A stretch of DNA of 64,000 bases, taken from assembly GCA_910587715.1 (NCBI GenBank), contig CAJUMV010000001.1, positions 102,729-166,728 of the forward strand. Direction: 5' to 3'. Source of the DNA: an uncultured Lachnospiraceae bacterium. Its GTDB lineage: Bacteria > Bacillota > Clostridia > Lachnospirales > Lachnospiraceae. The position numbers and the translations under genes are program-made. Below, in pieces: positions 34,904 through 44,522 of this stretch. Below the pieces are notes generated by a model. It made no database searches and had not been told where the DNA came from. It saw only the letters and a list, made by a program, of their open reading frames with translations. Positions within the stretch are counted from its first letter, which is position 1. Every line of letters begins with the position of its first letter.

Positions 34904-36792
34904 TGCACAAAAGAATTGATATGGGTATCATGCTGGTTGTGGCAGTTCTGGCGGCGCTGGTTTTCTTATATGCCACCGGACAGAATAATGTGATACTGGA
35001 AACGGACAAGGAAGAGGGAAATGCTCTCTATGTCCGTGTCGGGACCGCGCAGAGCGAAAACAGAGTGCTTCTGTGGCAGGATGGGAATGCGGAGGAAGGA
35101 CCGACAGGATACTTTTTTCTGCCATCCTGCGTCAATCATCATAAAATCCGTCTGGGTGATACGGGTGAAAGCAGCGTGAGAATCGACGGAAGGCTCTATG
35201 AGGAGGGAGACATCTTTACCTGGGAGGAGAATCGCATATACGGGTTTCAGATTACGGACGCTTCCTACGAGTCGCATACCTATGAGGTCTGTTTTATGAA
35301 GTCAGGGCACATCCCAGCCATGTTTATAGATACGGCGAGCGGCAGTCTGGATTATCTGCATGAGGATAAGGAGAACGAAGAGCCGGGAAAGATTTGTGTG
35401 GTGCAGGAAAACGGCGTTACGGAATATCAGGACGAGCTGCTTCGCATTTCAGGAAGGGGAAATTCGACATGGGAGTTTGCGAAAAAGCCCTATGCGCTTA
35501 AGCTAAAGGAGGACCAGCCCCTCTGCGGTCTGCGGGAGAGTGACCGGTGGCGGCTTTTGGCGCTCTGGAATGAGGGCAGCAGGCTGGGGGATAAGATAGC
35601 CATGGATCTGGCGCAGGAACTGGGGCTTTCTTACAGTACACAGGGAACCTGGGTAGATTTGTATTTGAACGGGGAGTACAGAGGTATTTATCTTCTGACA
35701 GAGTCTGTGACGGTCGGAGAAGGCCGGATTAATATCAATGATATGGAAAAGGACAACAAACGAAAAAACGCATCCATAGAAGCGGGGACGGCACAAAAGT
35801 ATGTGGAGGAAGACAGCAAAGGTTTCCTGTTGGAGAACGGAACGGAGACAGACGGCGGTTATCTGATCGAGAAAGATCATCCGAAACATTGGGAAGCGGA
35901 GGAAAGCGGCTTTCGCCTTTCCCGGGGCGATCTCTTTACGATTAATGCGCCGCGCCATGCGTCGAAGGAGCAGGTGGCTTATATCCGGAATTATGTGGAG
36001 GAAATCGACGCTCTCGTGCAGAATGCGGATCCTGCGGTCTGGGAGAAGCTGGATCTGACAAGCTTTGCCCAAAGGTTTTTGGTGGACGAGATTGCGCTGG
36101 AAATGGACACGGGTTCTACCAGCATGTATTTTTATAAGGACAGAGGAGAGGAAAAGCTCTATTCTGGTCCTGCATGGGATTATGATAACGCGTTCGGCGA
36201 GGATAGCGACAGCGACGGCTTCTTTGTGAATTATGGGGAAACGATCGTGAACAATAATGAGCGGCTGGCAATCGCAATCAACTGGTATCAGAAACTCTAT
36301 GAGACACCGGCGCTTTATCAGTGCATTGTGGAGGAGTATGCGGGAACGCTGCCGTTTTTCGAGAAACTTTTAAGTACGGATATCGACAGGTATGCGGACC
36401 GGATCAGGGCTTCCGTTCGGATGGATGACGCCCGGTGGGAAAGTGTCAGGGCTTCTGAGGGCGACCAGCCGCGGTATGCAAGTTATGACGCGAATGTCAA
36501 TTATACCAAATTCTTTCTCGCAAACCGTCTGAATTGTCTGTGCGCAAGATGGAATGTGCCTCATGAAGCGTTTACCGCGCCTGCAAGCGGAGAAATGCAT
36601 CAGGTTACCTTTTCGGTTTACGAGGGCGTGGTGGAGACGGTGGAAGCGTCGGACGGAGAGCCGCTTTCCTACACGCCGGACTATGACAGCGGCGTGTACC
36701 AGGGATGGGTATACCGGCGCAGCGGCGAGCCTTACAGCAGTTATATTCCTGTTTATGAGGATATGGAAATGTACAATGCAAAATGGGAGTAG
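34903..36792 (+). CDS. CotH kinase-family protein, N-terminally membrane-anchored (paralog 1)
   Basis: MHKRID plus a hydrophobic anchor. RISGRGNSTWEFAKKPYALKL, DRWRLLALWNEGS and WVDLYLNGEYRGIYLLTE are CotH-family motifs. The ATG at 34903 overlaps the upstream TGA. Confidence 0.75.
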   Translation: MHKRIDMGIMLVVAVLAALVFLYATGQNNVILETDKEEGNALYVRVGTAQSENRVLLWQDGNAEEGPTGYFFLPSCVNHHKIRLGDTGESSVRIDGRLYEEGDIFTWEENRIYGFQITDASYESHTYEVCFMKSGHIPAMFIDTASGSLDYLHEDKENEEPGKICVVQENGVTEYQDELLRISGRGNSTWEFAKKPYALKLKEDQPLCGLRESDRWRLLALWNEGSRLGDKIAMDLAQELGLSYSTQGTWVDLYLNGEYRGIYLLTESVTVGEGRININDMEKDNKRKNASIEAGTAQKYVEEDSKGFLLENGTETDGGYLIEKDHPKHWEAEESGFRLSRGDLFTINAPRHASKEQVAYIRNYVEEIDALVQNADPAVWEKLDLTSFAQRFLVDEIALEMDTGSTSMYFYKDRGEEKLYSGPAWDYDNAFGEDSDSDGFFVNYGETIVNNNERLAIAINWYQKLYETPALYQCIVEEYAGTLPFFEKLLSTDIDRYADRIRASVRMDDARWESVRASEGDQPRYASYDANVNYTKFFLANRLNCLCARWNVPHEAFTAPASGEMHQVTFSVYEGVVETVEASDGEPLSYTPDYDSGVYQGWVYRRSGEPYSSYIPVYEDMEMYNAKWE

Positions 36793-36830
36793 CCGTATTT
36801 TCTGTAGAAATGGGCGGTCAGGGAGACATT

Positions 36831-38063
36831 ATGAGAATTTTAATGGTCAATAAATTTTTACATCCTAACGGCGGGTCGGAGACTTATATTTTCCAGTTGG
36901 GGGAAGAATTACAGAAGAGGGGACATGAGGTACAGTATTTCGGTATGGAACACGAGGGACGCATCGTGGGAAACCGGATGAACTGTTATACGTCCGATAT
37001 GGATTTCCATACGGGAAAGCTGCAAAAGCTGTGCTATCCCTTTAAAATTATTTATTCCATGGAAGCAAAGCGCGGGATGGGCAGGGTACTGCAGGATATG
37101 GCTCCCGATGTGGTGCATCTCAACAACATCAACTTTCAGCTTACGCCTTCCGTAATCTACGCGGTGCGCGCGTATGAAAAGAAAACCGGGAGAAAAGTGA
37201 GGGTTGTGTACACGGCGCACGATTACCAGTGGGTGTGCCCCAATCATATGATGCGCATTCCTTCCACGGGAAAAATCTGTTTTGCCTGCAGGGGCGGGTA
37301 TTTCGGCGCGTGCACGAAAAACCGCTGTATCCACAATTCGCGGGTAAAGAGTCTGCTGGGGACAATGGAAGCAAAATTTTATATGTGGCGCAGGACTTAC
37401 GGTATGGTCGACGTCATTATCTGTCCCAGCGAGTTCATGAAAAGACAGCTTGACAGCAATCCGCTTTTGGAGGAGAAAACCGTGATGATGTGCAATTTTG
37501 TGGAGCGGGCGGCGGATGTGATACAAAAAGATGGAAAGCTGGAAAGCGCACAGCAGGGGGATTATGTACTCTACTTTGGACGATTTTCCGAGGAGAAGGG
37601 AATCGGTACGCTGTTAGCGGCTTGTGAAGCGCTGCCGGATATCCCCTTCATTTTCGCCGGAACAGGACCGCTGGCGGAGCAGGTATCGAAAGTCAAAAAT
37701 GTGGAGAACAAAGGTTTTGTGACAGGAAAAGAGCTGCACAGGCTGATTGCGGGCGCACGGTTTTCCGTTTATCCTTCCGAGTGGTACGAGAACTGTCCGT
37801 TTTCCGTGATGGAATCGCAGATGTACGGCACCCCTGTGCTTGTTTCCGATCTTGGTGGCGCGCCGGAGCTGGTGCAGGCGGGCAGGACGGGAGAGCTTTT
37901 CCGGGGCGGAGACGCGCAGGAGTTGACCGCGCATATCAGGGAGCTGTGGGAACAGCCGGAGCTGTGTCGGGTGTATCGGGAGAACTGCCGGAGTATAAAT
38001 TTTGACACAATAGAAGAATACTGTGATAAAATAGAAAAGAATGTATATAAGACAGGAGAATAG
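36831..38063 (+). CDS. Glycosyltransferase family 4
   Basis: MRILMVNKFLHPNGGSETYIF and YPSEWYENCPFSVMESQMYGTPVLVSDLGGAPELV motifs. I set the start at ATG 36831, after GGGAGA. Confidence 0.8.
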   Translation: MRILMVNKFLHPNGGSETYIFQLGEELQKRGHEVQYFGMEHEGRIVGNRMNCYTSDMDFHTGKLQKLCYPFKIIYSMEAKRGMGRVLQDMAPDVVHLNNINFQLTPSVIYAVRAYEKKTGRKVRVVYTAHDYQWVCPNHMMRIPSTGKICFACRGGYFGACTKNRCIHNSRVKSLLGTMEAKFYMWRRTYGMVDVIICPSEFMKRQLDSNPLLEEKTVMMCNFVERAADVIQKDGKLESAQQGDYVLYFGRFSEEKGIGTLLAACEALPDIPFIFAGTGPLAEQVSKVKNVENKGFVTGKELHRLIAGARFSVYPSEWYENCPFSVMESQMYGTPVLVSDLGGAPELVQAGRTGELFRGGDAQELTAHIRELWEQPELCRVYRENCRSINFDTIEEYCDKIEKNVYKTGE

Positions 38064-38068
38064 ACGGA

Positions 38069-39076
38069 ATGGCAAGACGAACGCTTTATGGGACTGTGAT
38101 AGTAACATACAGATGCAACGCCCGCTGCAACATGTGCGACTGCTTCCGGGATCCGACGAGACCGGACGAGGAGATTACGCTCGAGGATATTAAGAAACTG
38201 CCGGAGATGGCGTTTACGAATATCACGGGCGGGGAGCCTTTTATCAGGCAGGACATTCCGGATATCGTGCGGGAGCTTTACAAGAAATCTGACAGGATTG
38301 TCATATCAACGAACGGTTATTTTACAGAGCGCATTATTGCTCTTTGCAGGGAGTTCCCGAAGGTGGGCATCCGCATCAGCATTGAAGGATTGCAGGAGAC
38401 CAACGATAAAATACGCGGGATTCCCGACGGCTTTAACAGGGGCTATAAGACGCTTAAAACGCTGGTGGAGATGGGGCATCCTGACGTGGGCTTCGGTATG
38501 ACGGTGCAGGATATGAACTGCGAGGATTTGGTGCCGCTCTACCATATTGCCAATGATATGGGGATGGAGTTCGCCACGGCGACGCTGCACAATTCCTTTT
38601 ATTTCCGCAAGACGGACAATAAGATTGACGACAAATACAAGGTAGCGCAGAATTTTGAAAAGCTGATCAACGAGCTGTTAAAGAGCAAATCGCCGAAAAA
38701 GTGGTTCCGCGCTTACTTTAATCATGGGCTTATCAACTATATTTACGGCAATAAGCGGCTTCTGCCCTGCGATATGTCGAAGAACGCCTTTTTTATCGAT
38801 CCTTTCTGCGATGTGATTCCGTGTAACGGGATGGAGAAGAAGGCGGTCATGGGAAATCTCAGAGAGCAGAGCTGGGAGGAACTGTGGCATTCCGAGCAGG
38901 CGGAGAAGGTGCGGGAGTGCACGAAAAAGTGCGGAAGGAACTGCTGGATGATTGGTTCCGCGTCCCCGGCGATGCATAAGTATATCTGGGTTCCAGGCTG
39001 GTGGGTGGTTAAACACAAATTTTTAAAGGGCGGTAAGTACAGCCTGAAAGAAAATGACTATATCAAGCAGAAATAA
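38069..39076 (+). CDS. Radical SAM enzyme with C-terminal Cys-rich (SPASM/twitch-like) region
   Basis: VTYRCNARCNMCDC contains the CxxxCxxC cluster motif, and GGEPF is a SAM-binding motif. The C-terminal cysteines are in LLPCDMS, DPFCDVIPCNG and CTKKCGRNCW. It is flanked by GT4 genes with gaps of 5 and 14 nt. Confidence 0.75.
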   Translation: MARRTLYGTVIVTYRCNARCNMCDCFRDPTRPDEEITLEDIKKLPEMAFTNITGGEPFIRQDIPDIVRELYKKSDRIVISTNGYFTERIIALCREFPKVGIRISIEGLQETNDKIRGIPDGFNRGYKTLKTLVEMGHPDVGFGMTVQDMNCEDLVPLYHIANDMGMEFATATLHNSFYFRKTDNKIDDKYKVAQNFEKLINELLKSKSPKKWFRAYFNHGLINYIYGNKRLLPCDMSKNAFFIDPFCDVIPCNGMEKKAVMGNLREQSWEELWHSEQAEKVRECTKKCGRNCWMIGSASPAMHKYIWVPGWWVVKHKFLKGGKYSLKENDYIKQK

Positions 39077-39090
39077 TTGGGGAGGACTGC

Positions 39091-40263
39091 ATGAAATTCC
39101 TGTATGTGGCACCGCGCTACCATACCAACCAGATGGATATTATGAAGGGACTCACGGAAAACGGGCATGAGGTGCGTTTTATCAGCCACTATGCCGCCAT
39201 GATTGAAGATTATTCCTGTGTGACGCCTATTGTGCTGGGGTATTCGCGGCTTTACAAGCTCATTGATTTTCTGTATGTGAAGGTGATTCACAGGAAAGAC
39301 CCGACGGCGATCGTGTTTAAAATACAGCACGGGTTTCCGCCGCTTCGGAAACTGAAAAAGCTGATTTGCGGATTTGAGCCGGATTTGGTTATTCTGCGTG
39401 AGCGTTCGGTGTATTCCATGGCGGCTTACCGCGTCTGCAAAAAGAAAGGCTATCCCTGCATCCTTTACAACCAGAATCCGCTCTGGTCGGAGCCTGCAAA
39501 GACAGACCTAAAGCATCGTCTGGTAGACTGCATGACGCCGCCGCTTCGCATGACGCCCGTGATGGGTGAAAAAAAGCCGGGGACGGTTGTGAGGGAGAAC
39601 GATTATTTTGTACCCTTTGTGGTGGAACCGCAGAAAGCGCCGAAGGAGCGAACCTATTTTGAGGGCGGCAGGATACATATCCTCTGCATAGGGAAGTATG
39701 AAATCAGGAAACATCATCTGGAGCTTCTGCGCGCCGTTAAGCAGCTTCAGGATCACTACGAGCTCTATGTGACGCTGGTGGGCGAAGCCACGAATCATTT
39801 TCAGAAGGCATACTGTGAACAGGTAAAAAAATATGTGCGGGAGCAGCACATGGAAAAGCTGGTTACGGTGAAAACAAACGTGCCGAAGCGGGGGATGGAG
39901 CGGGAGTATCTGGCGGCGGATCTGTATGTGATTCCGAGCACGCTGGAGATGGCGTCAGTGTCGCAGCTTGAGGCAATGAGTTATTCCCTTCCTGTAATCT
40001 GCAGCGATACGAACGGTACGTCCTGCTATGTGGAGGATGGCGTGACAGGGTATCTTTTTCGGGACTGCGACGAAGCGGATTTACTCGCGAAGTTGGACGC
40101 TATGCTGTCGGATAGAGAACGGATGTTAAAGATGGGGGCGGCGGGTTACCGCGCGGTGGTGGAAAAGTATAATTTTAAGAATTATTTTGATACGGTTATG
40201 GGGATGCGGGAGAAAATACAACGGGAAGGGAAAGCATGTGGAGGAAAGCGCAGCAATGCATGA
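39091..40263 (+). CDS. Glycosyltransferase family 4
   Basis: IPSTLEMASVSQLEAMSYSLPVICSDTNGTSCYVEDGVTGYLF is the E-x7-E region, in a 390-aa ORF. Confidence 0.75.
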   Translation: MKFLYVAPRYHTNQMDIMKGLTENGHEVRFISHYAAMIEDYSCVTPIVLGYSRLYKLIDFLYVKVIHRKDPTAIVFKIQHGFPPLRKLKKLICGFEPDLVILRERSVYSMAAYRVCKKKGYPCILYNQNPLWSEPAKTDLKHRLVDCMTPPLRMTPVMGEKKPGTVVRENDYFVPFVVEPQKAPKERTYFEGGRIHILCIGKYEIRKHHLELLRAVKQLQDHYELYVTLVGEATNHFQKAYCEQVKKYVREQHMEKLVTVKTNVPKRGMEREYLAADLYVIPSTLEMASVSQLEAMSYSLPVICSDTNGTSCYVEDGVTGYLFRDCDEADLLAKLDAMLSDRERMLKMGAAGYRAVVEKYNFKNYFDTVMGMREKIQREGKACGGKRSNA

Positions 40264-41239
40264 TAAGATATATTCGTTTGCTAAAGTTGTTTGGCATGCC
40301 ACCTATATTCGATGCAGAGACCGGTTTCACGATTGGAAATACAGAAAATATTGGAGTGAGCACAGAGTCTGTAATGGTCATGAGTACGCCGACAAAACCT
40401 TTTATATAGTCAGGCGCAGGGAGGTATATACGGGGCTGTTTTCAGATTTTATCGCTTATGTGTATAAGACGAAGCTGGCGTTAGACAAAGGATATATTCC
40501 GATAGTTGATATGCAGACGTCGCAAAATATGTATTTGAAGGAAGAACAGATTGGGAAGGTGAATGCGTGGGAATATTTTTTCAGGCAGCCGGGCGGATAT
40601 TCGCTGGAAAATACGCTGAAAGCTAAAAATGTAATCTGGGGTTCAGGGTACACAGAAGAACTTTTTCCATATATGGATGTAAAATATTTATTGGACGAAA
40701 AGAGCGGATTCAGCCTGTATCAACAGATTGCACAACAATACTTTAATTTGAGCGTTGAGGCGCAGGAAATGGTGGAGCGCTTTTTTGATTCTGTATTGAA
40801 GGGGCATAAAGTGCTCGGCGTTTTGTGCAGAGGAACAGACTATACAAGCAATAAGCCAACGGGACATCCGATACAGCCGGATATAGAGCAGATGTTTGCA
40901 AAGCTGGATGATGTGATGGAAAAGTATCAGTGCACAAAGATATTTTTGGGTACTGAAGATAAAGAGATTTATTCACGGTTTTTAGAAAAGTATGGGGAAA
41001 AAGTAACAACAAGCCGGAAACAGTTTATTACTTACAATGGAGAGACTGCGATAGGAAAGTTAATTCGGGAGAATGTGAAGGACCTCAAGGCAGAGGGGAT
41101 GGAGTACCTCGTAACGATTGCGCTGCTTGCCAGATGCGACTGCTTTGTCGGAGGCCATACCTCAGGCACTGTGGGCGTGATGCTCATGAACGATCGCTTT
41201 GAGTACAAATATATTTTTGATTTGGGAGTGTATCCGTAG
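40256..41239 (+). CDS. Uncharacterised Rossmann-like putative glycosyltransferase (R-G-T-D-Y motif); paralog of the ORF at 63411
   Basis: I set the start at ATG 40256, after GGAGGAAAG. Motifs are FYIVRRREVYTGLFSDF...DKGYIPIVDM, WEYFFRQP and VLGVLCRGTDY. The layout parallels GT11/O-FucT-type enzymes, but I do not recognise the family. Confidence 0.3.
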   Translation: MHDKIYSFAKVVWHATYIRCRDRFHDWKYRKYWSEHRVCNGHEYADKTFYIVRRREVYTGLFSDFIAYVYKTKLALDKGYIPIVDMQTSQNMYLKEEQIGKVNAWEYFFRQPGGYSLENTLKAKNVIWGSGYTEELFPYMDVKYLLDEKSGFSLYQQIAQQYFNLSVEAQEMVERFFDSVLKGHKVLGVLCRGTDYTSNKPTGHPIQPDIEQMFAKLDDVMEKYQCTKIFLGTEDKEIYSRFLEKYGEKVTTSRKQFITYNGETAIGKLIRENVKDLKAEGMEYLVTIALLARCDCFVGGHTSGTVGVMLMNDRFEYKYIFDLGVYP

Positions 41240-41243
41240 AACA

Positions 41244-42107
41244 ATGAAGCAGAAAATAAAAGATATCTTGGCGGCGATTGCCTATTTTTTATATGAAAAG
41301 GGCATCCTGCACAATCGAATAAAGGTTCACGATATCGACGAGACCATTGACGAGCTTCTGCATACCGAAAAGAGCATGGTGCGTTTCGGGGACGGGGAGA
41401 TTGTGATGATTAAGGGCGGCAGTCTGATGCTGCAGAAGGCAAGCCCCGAGATTGCGCAGGGACTTCAAAAAATTTTGGCATACCCCGATGAAAAGCTGAT
41501 GGTGACGATTCCCGATATTTTTGAAACCTTGTCGGATCATCACAGCGCCAGCAGACAGTTTTGGAGAGAACATCTGCTTTTTTGCAGAAAAACATACGAG
41601 AAGTACTGTGATCCCAGGCGGCGTTATTACAGCACCTTTGTCTCGCGCGGCTATTATTATGCAAAGGATCGCAGCGTCTGCGGTGCACAATTTGCTAAAA
41701 TCCGAAAAATATGGGAGAATAGAGATGTTGTTATTGTGGAGGGGGAGAGAACGCACAATGGCGTCGGCAACGATCTGCTCGATACGGCGCGCAGCATAGA
41801 GCGTATCATTTGTCCGCCAAGCGACGCCTACGGGGCGGTTCCCGCTATTCTGGAAGCCTGTACGGCATACGATAAGGACAGGCTGTTTTTATTGTCGGTA
41901 GGTGTGGCGGCGAAGTTTTTGGCGGTGAAATTGTTTGAGCGTGGATACCGTGCGCTGGATATCGGGAATCTTGATATGGAATATGAGTGGTTTGTGAGAA
42001 GCGCTCCTGGTAAGATGAAACTGGAGAAGCATGATTGCATCAGTGAGGAAGCGAATCGGGCGGCGGGGTATACGGCGTATCTGGAGCAGATTAAGGTGAG
42101 GATATGA
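41244..42107 (+). CDS. GT-D fold glycosyltransferase (DUF1792 family)
   Basis: SMVRFGDGEIVMIKGG, MVTIPDIF and LLSVGVAAKFLAVKLFERGYRALDIG match my recollection of DUF1792. I set the start at ATG 41244. Confidence 0.65.
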   Translation: MKQKIKDILAAIAYFLYEKGILHNRIKVHDIDETIDELLHTEKSMVRFGDGEIVMIKGGSLMLQKASPEIAQGLQKILAYPDEKLMVTIPDIFETLSDHHSASRQFWREHLLFCRKTYEKYCDPRRRYYSTFVSRGYYYAKDRSVCGAQFAKIRKIWENRDVVIVEGERTHNGVGNDLLDTARSIERIICPPSDAYGAVPAILEACTAYDKDRLFLLSVGVAAKFLAVKLFERGYRALDIGNLDMEYEWFVRSAPGKMKLEKHDCISEEANRAAGYTAYLEQIKVRI

Positions 42108-42679
42108 TAAATAGTAAGGAGACATATCAGCAATATATAGAGCAGGACAAACTTGCCCTCGGGCGGCAGCAGGACGTGCGTCCCCGGTTGTTCGGGGATG
42201 AGATTTGGAAGTTTGAGATTCTGCTTCGCAAGGTGGAGTTCGACATAAACTGTCGTCAAAAAGTGGTGGGAAAACTAATCGGGAAATGGCATAAAATGCG
42301 GTTTCACCGCTTGAGTGTGCGTCTCGGGTTTACGATTCCGCCGAACGTGTTCGGTCCGGGACTTTCCATCCCGCATTACGGGACGATTGTAGTACATGGA
42401 AATGTGCGTGCCGGGAAAAACTGCCGCTTACAGGAGGGCGTGACCATCGGCGCAACGAACGGAAGCCATGAGGCGGCGGTGATTGGGGATAACTGTTATT
42501 TTGGGAGCGGCGCGAAGGTAATCGGCGCTGTCCGTATAGCGGATGATGTGGCTGTGGGAGCGAACGCTGTGGTGACAAAGGACATTGTAGAGTCCGGGAC
42601 TACGTGGGCTGGCATACCGGCGAGGAAGATAAGCGAACAGGATTCACACAGCAATCTGTGCGGCGCGCTGTTTGCGTGA
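42104..42679 (+). CDS. Hexapeptide-repeat acetyltransferase (serine acetyltransferase-like, polysaccharide type)
   Basis: GFTIPPNVFGPGLSIPHYGTIVVHGNVRAGKNCRLQEGVTIG...IGDNCYFGSGAKVIGAVRIADDVAVGANAVV contains LbH repeats. The start overlaps the upstream stop as ATGA. Confidence 0.75.
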   Translation: MINSKETYQQYIEQDKLALGRQQDVRPRLFGDEIWKFEILLRKVEFDINCRQKVVGKLIGKWHKMRFHRLSVRLGFTIPPNVFGPGLSIPHYGTIVVHGNVRAGKNCRLQEGVTIGATNGSHEAAVIGDNCYFGSGAKVIGAVRIADDVAVGANAVVTKDIVESGTTWAGIPARKISEQDSHSNLCGALFA

Positions 42680-42720
42680 GGCGGATATTTAAGGAACAGA
42701 ACAGAAAGGCAAATGGCAGT

Positions 42721-44511
42721 ATGAGAGAAACAGGAGAAAAAAAGCAGGTGTCCCTGCTTTCCAAACTGGGATATATCTTTGATCAACGAGATAAGTGGAA
42801 ACTTGTCCTTCTCACGGCAGCTATTGTAGTCGGCAGTTTTCTGGAGCTTTTGGCGGTCATGGTGTTTGTGCCTTTTATTGAGGTACTGCAAAACCAGAAC
42901 ACCATTCAGGACAGATGGTATCTGAAAGCAGTTTTTGATTTCTTTGGCTTTCGTTCCAACAAGAGCTTTATCATTTTGCTTGCCGTCGGTATTATCGGAA
43001 TCTATGTGGTTAAGAATGTTTATCTGATTCTGGAGAAGGATTATATTTTCCGTTTTTCTTATAATACGCAGATGAAGCTTTCCACAAGACTGCTCGCTGC
43101 CTATATGAAAGAGCCTTACACGTTTCATCTGAACCATAATATTGCGATTTTACAACGAAGCCTGCATGAAGACACGTCGCGGTTTATGCAGGTCATTCTC
43201 TATGCGCTGGAGCTGGGCGCCGAGTTTGCGGTGTCCGGAGCGCTGGTGATTTACCTGCTGGTTATCAGCAAGTCCATTACCATCATCGTGTTGGGATTTC
43301 TGGCAGTTTTTGTGGGCATTTTTTTGATAGTAAGCCGGAAATACAGCCGGCGGCTTGGGTTTGAAAATCAAGGCTATCAGGGTAAAATTTTTCAGTGGAT
43401 GAACCAGGCGCTGGGCGGAATCAAAGAGATAAAGATTCTGGAGCGTGAGGCTTATTTTACCGATGAATTCCGGAAATACTGGGGAAAATATGCCAGAGGG
43501 CTGCGCATAGCCAGAACCATTTCGATTCTGCCCAAATATACCGTAGAAGCCGTCTCCATGACCGGACTTCTGGTTGCCGTGATTGTGAAGCTTCTTTTTG
43601 GTGAGGCGGATTCGGTCTACTTTATCTCTCAGCTTGCGGCATTTGCGGTGGCTGCTATGCGGCTGATGCCAAGTGTCGGGCGGATCAATGAACATGCTTC
43701 AAACATGCTTTATGCCCTTCCGTCCGTGGATCTTGTGTATCACGATTTGGTGGGGATAGAGGGCTTGCGCACCAATGAGGAAGGCGAGAGGGAAGCGGAC
43801 TGGCAGTCGGACTGGAGACTGCAAAGGGGAATTTGTGTGCAGGACGTGTCTTACCATTATCCGGACACGGAAGAGTGGGTATTAAAGGATGTAAAATTTA
43901 CGATTAAAAAGGGAACGACCGTGGCGTTTATCGGGTCTACCGGGTCAGGGAAAACGACGATGGTGGACATTATATTGGGACTTTTGACGCCTGTAAAAGG
44001 TGTGGTGATGGCGGATGAGGTCAATATCCATGAGCAGCCTAAGACGTTTCATGCACAGGTGGGTTATATTCCACAGACAATTTATCTTTCCGACGATACG
44101 ATCCGTAATAATATTGCTTTCGGTGTGCAGGAGGGACAGATTGATGAGGCGGCGGTGAGCGCGGCGTTGGAAAAGGCGCAGTTGAAAGAGTTTATTGACA
44201 GTCTGCCGCACGGGTTGGATACGATTGTCGGTGACAGAGGTGTCAGATTATCCGGCGGGCAGAGACAGCGCATCGGTATCGCGAGAGCGCTCTACCACGA
44301 TCCGGAAATCCTGGTGCTGGACGAGGCGACTTCCGCACTGGATAATGAGACGGAGGCGGCGGTCATGGAGGCGATTGAACATCTGCAGGGTATGAAAACC
44401 ATGATAATCATTGCCCACAGGCTGACTACCATCCGAAGCGTGGATGTGATTTATGAAGTGGGAGACGGTAAGGTAACAGAGAAGAGCAAGGACGAGGTCT
44501 TTGGGGAATAG
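42721..44511 (+). CDS. ABC exporter half-transporter (fused TMD-NBD, MsbA/PglK-like), paralog 2
   Basis: I set the start at ATG 42721. The N-terminus aligns with the 12884 protein (QVSLLSKLGYIFDQRDKWKL versus QVGLLQKIAYLFDRKQRWQL). Walker A GSTGSGKTT, LSGGQRQR, LVLDEATSALD and IIAHRL are present. Confidence 0.85.
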   Translation: MRETGEKKQVSLLSKLGYIFDQRDKWKLVLLTAAIVVGSFLELLAVMVFVPFIEVLQNQNTIQDRWYLKAVFDFFGFRSNKSFIILLAVGIIGIYVVKNVYLILEKDYIFRFSYNTQMKLSTRLLAAYMKEPYTFHLNHNIAILQRSLHEDTSRFMQVILYALELGAEFAVSGALVIYLLVISKSITIIVLGFLAVFVGIFLIVSRKYSRRLGFENQGYQGKIFQWMNQALGGIKEIKILEREAYFTDEFRKYWGKYARGLRIARTISILPKYTVEAVSMTGLLVAVIVKLLFGEADSVYFISQLAAFAVAAMRLMPSVGRINEHASNMLYALPSVDLVYHDLVGIEGLRTNEEGEREADWQSDWRLQRGICVQDVSYHYPDTEEWVLKDVKFTIKKGTTVAFIGSTGSGKTTMVDIILGLLTPVKGVVMADEVNIHEQPKTFHAQVGYIPQTIYLSDDTIRNNIAFGVQEGQIDEAAVSAALEKAQLKEFIDSLPHGLDTIVGDRGVRLSGGQRQRIGIARALYHDPEILVLDEATSALDNETEAAVMEAIEHLQGMKTMIIIAHRLTTIRSVDVIYEVGDGKVTEKSKDEVFGE

Positions 44512-44522
44512 AGAAGGAAACG

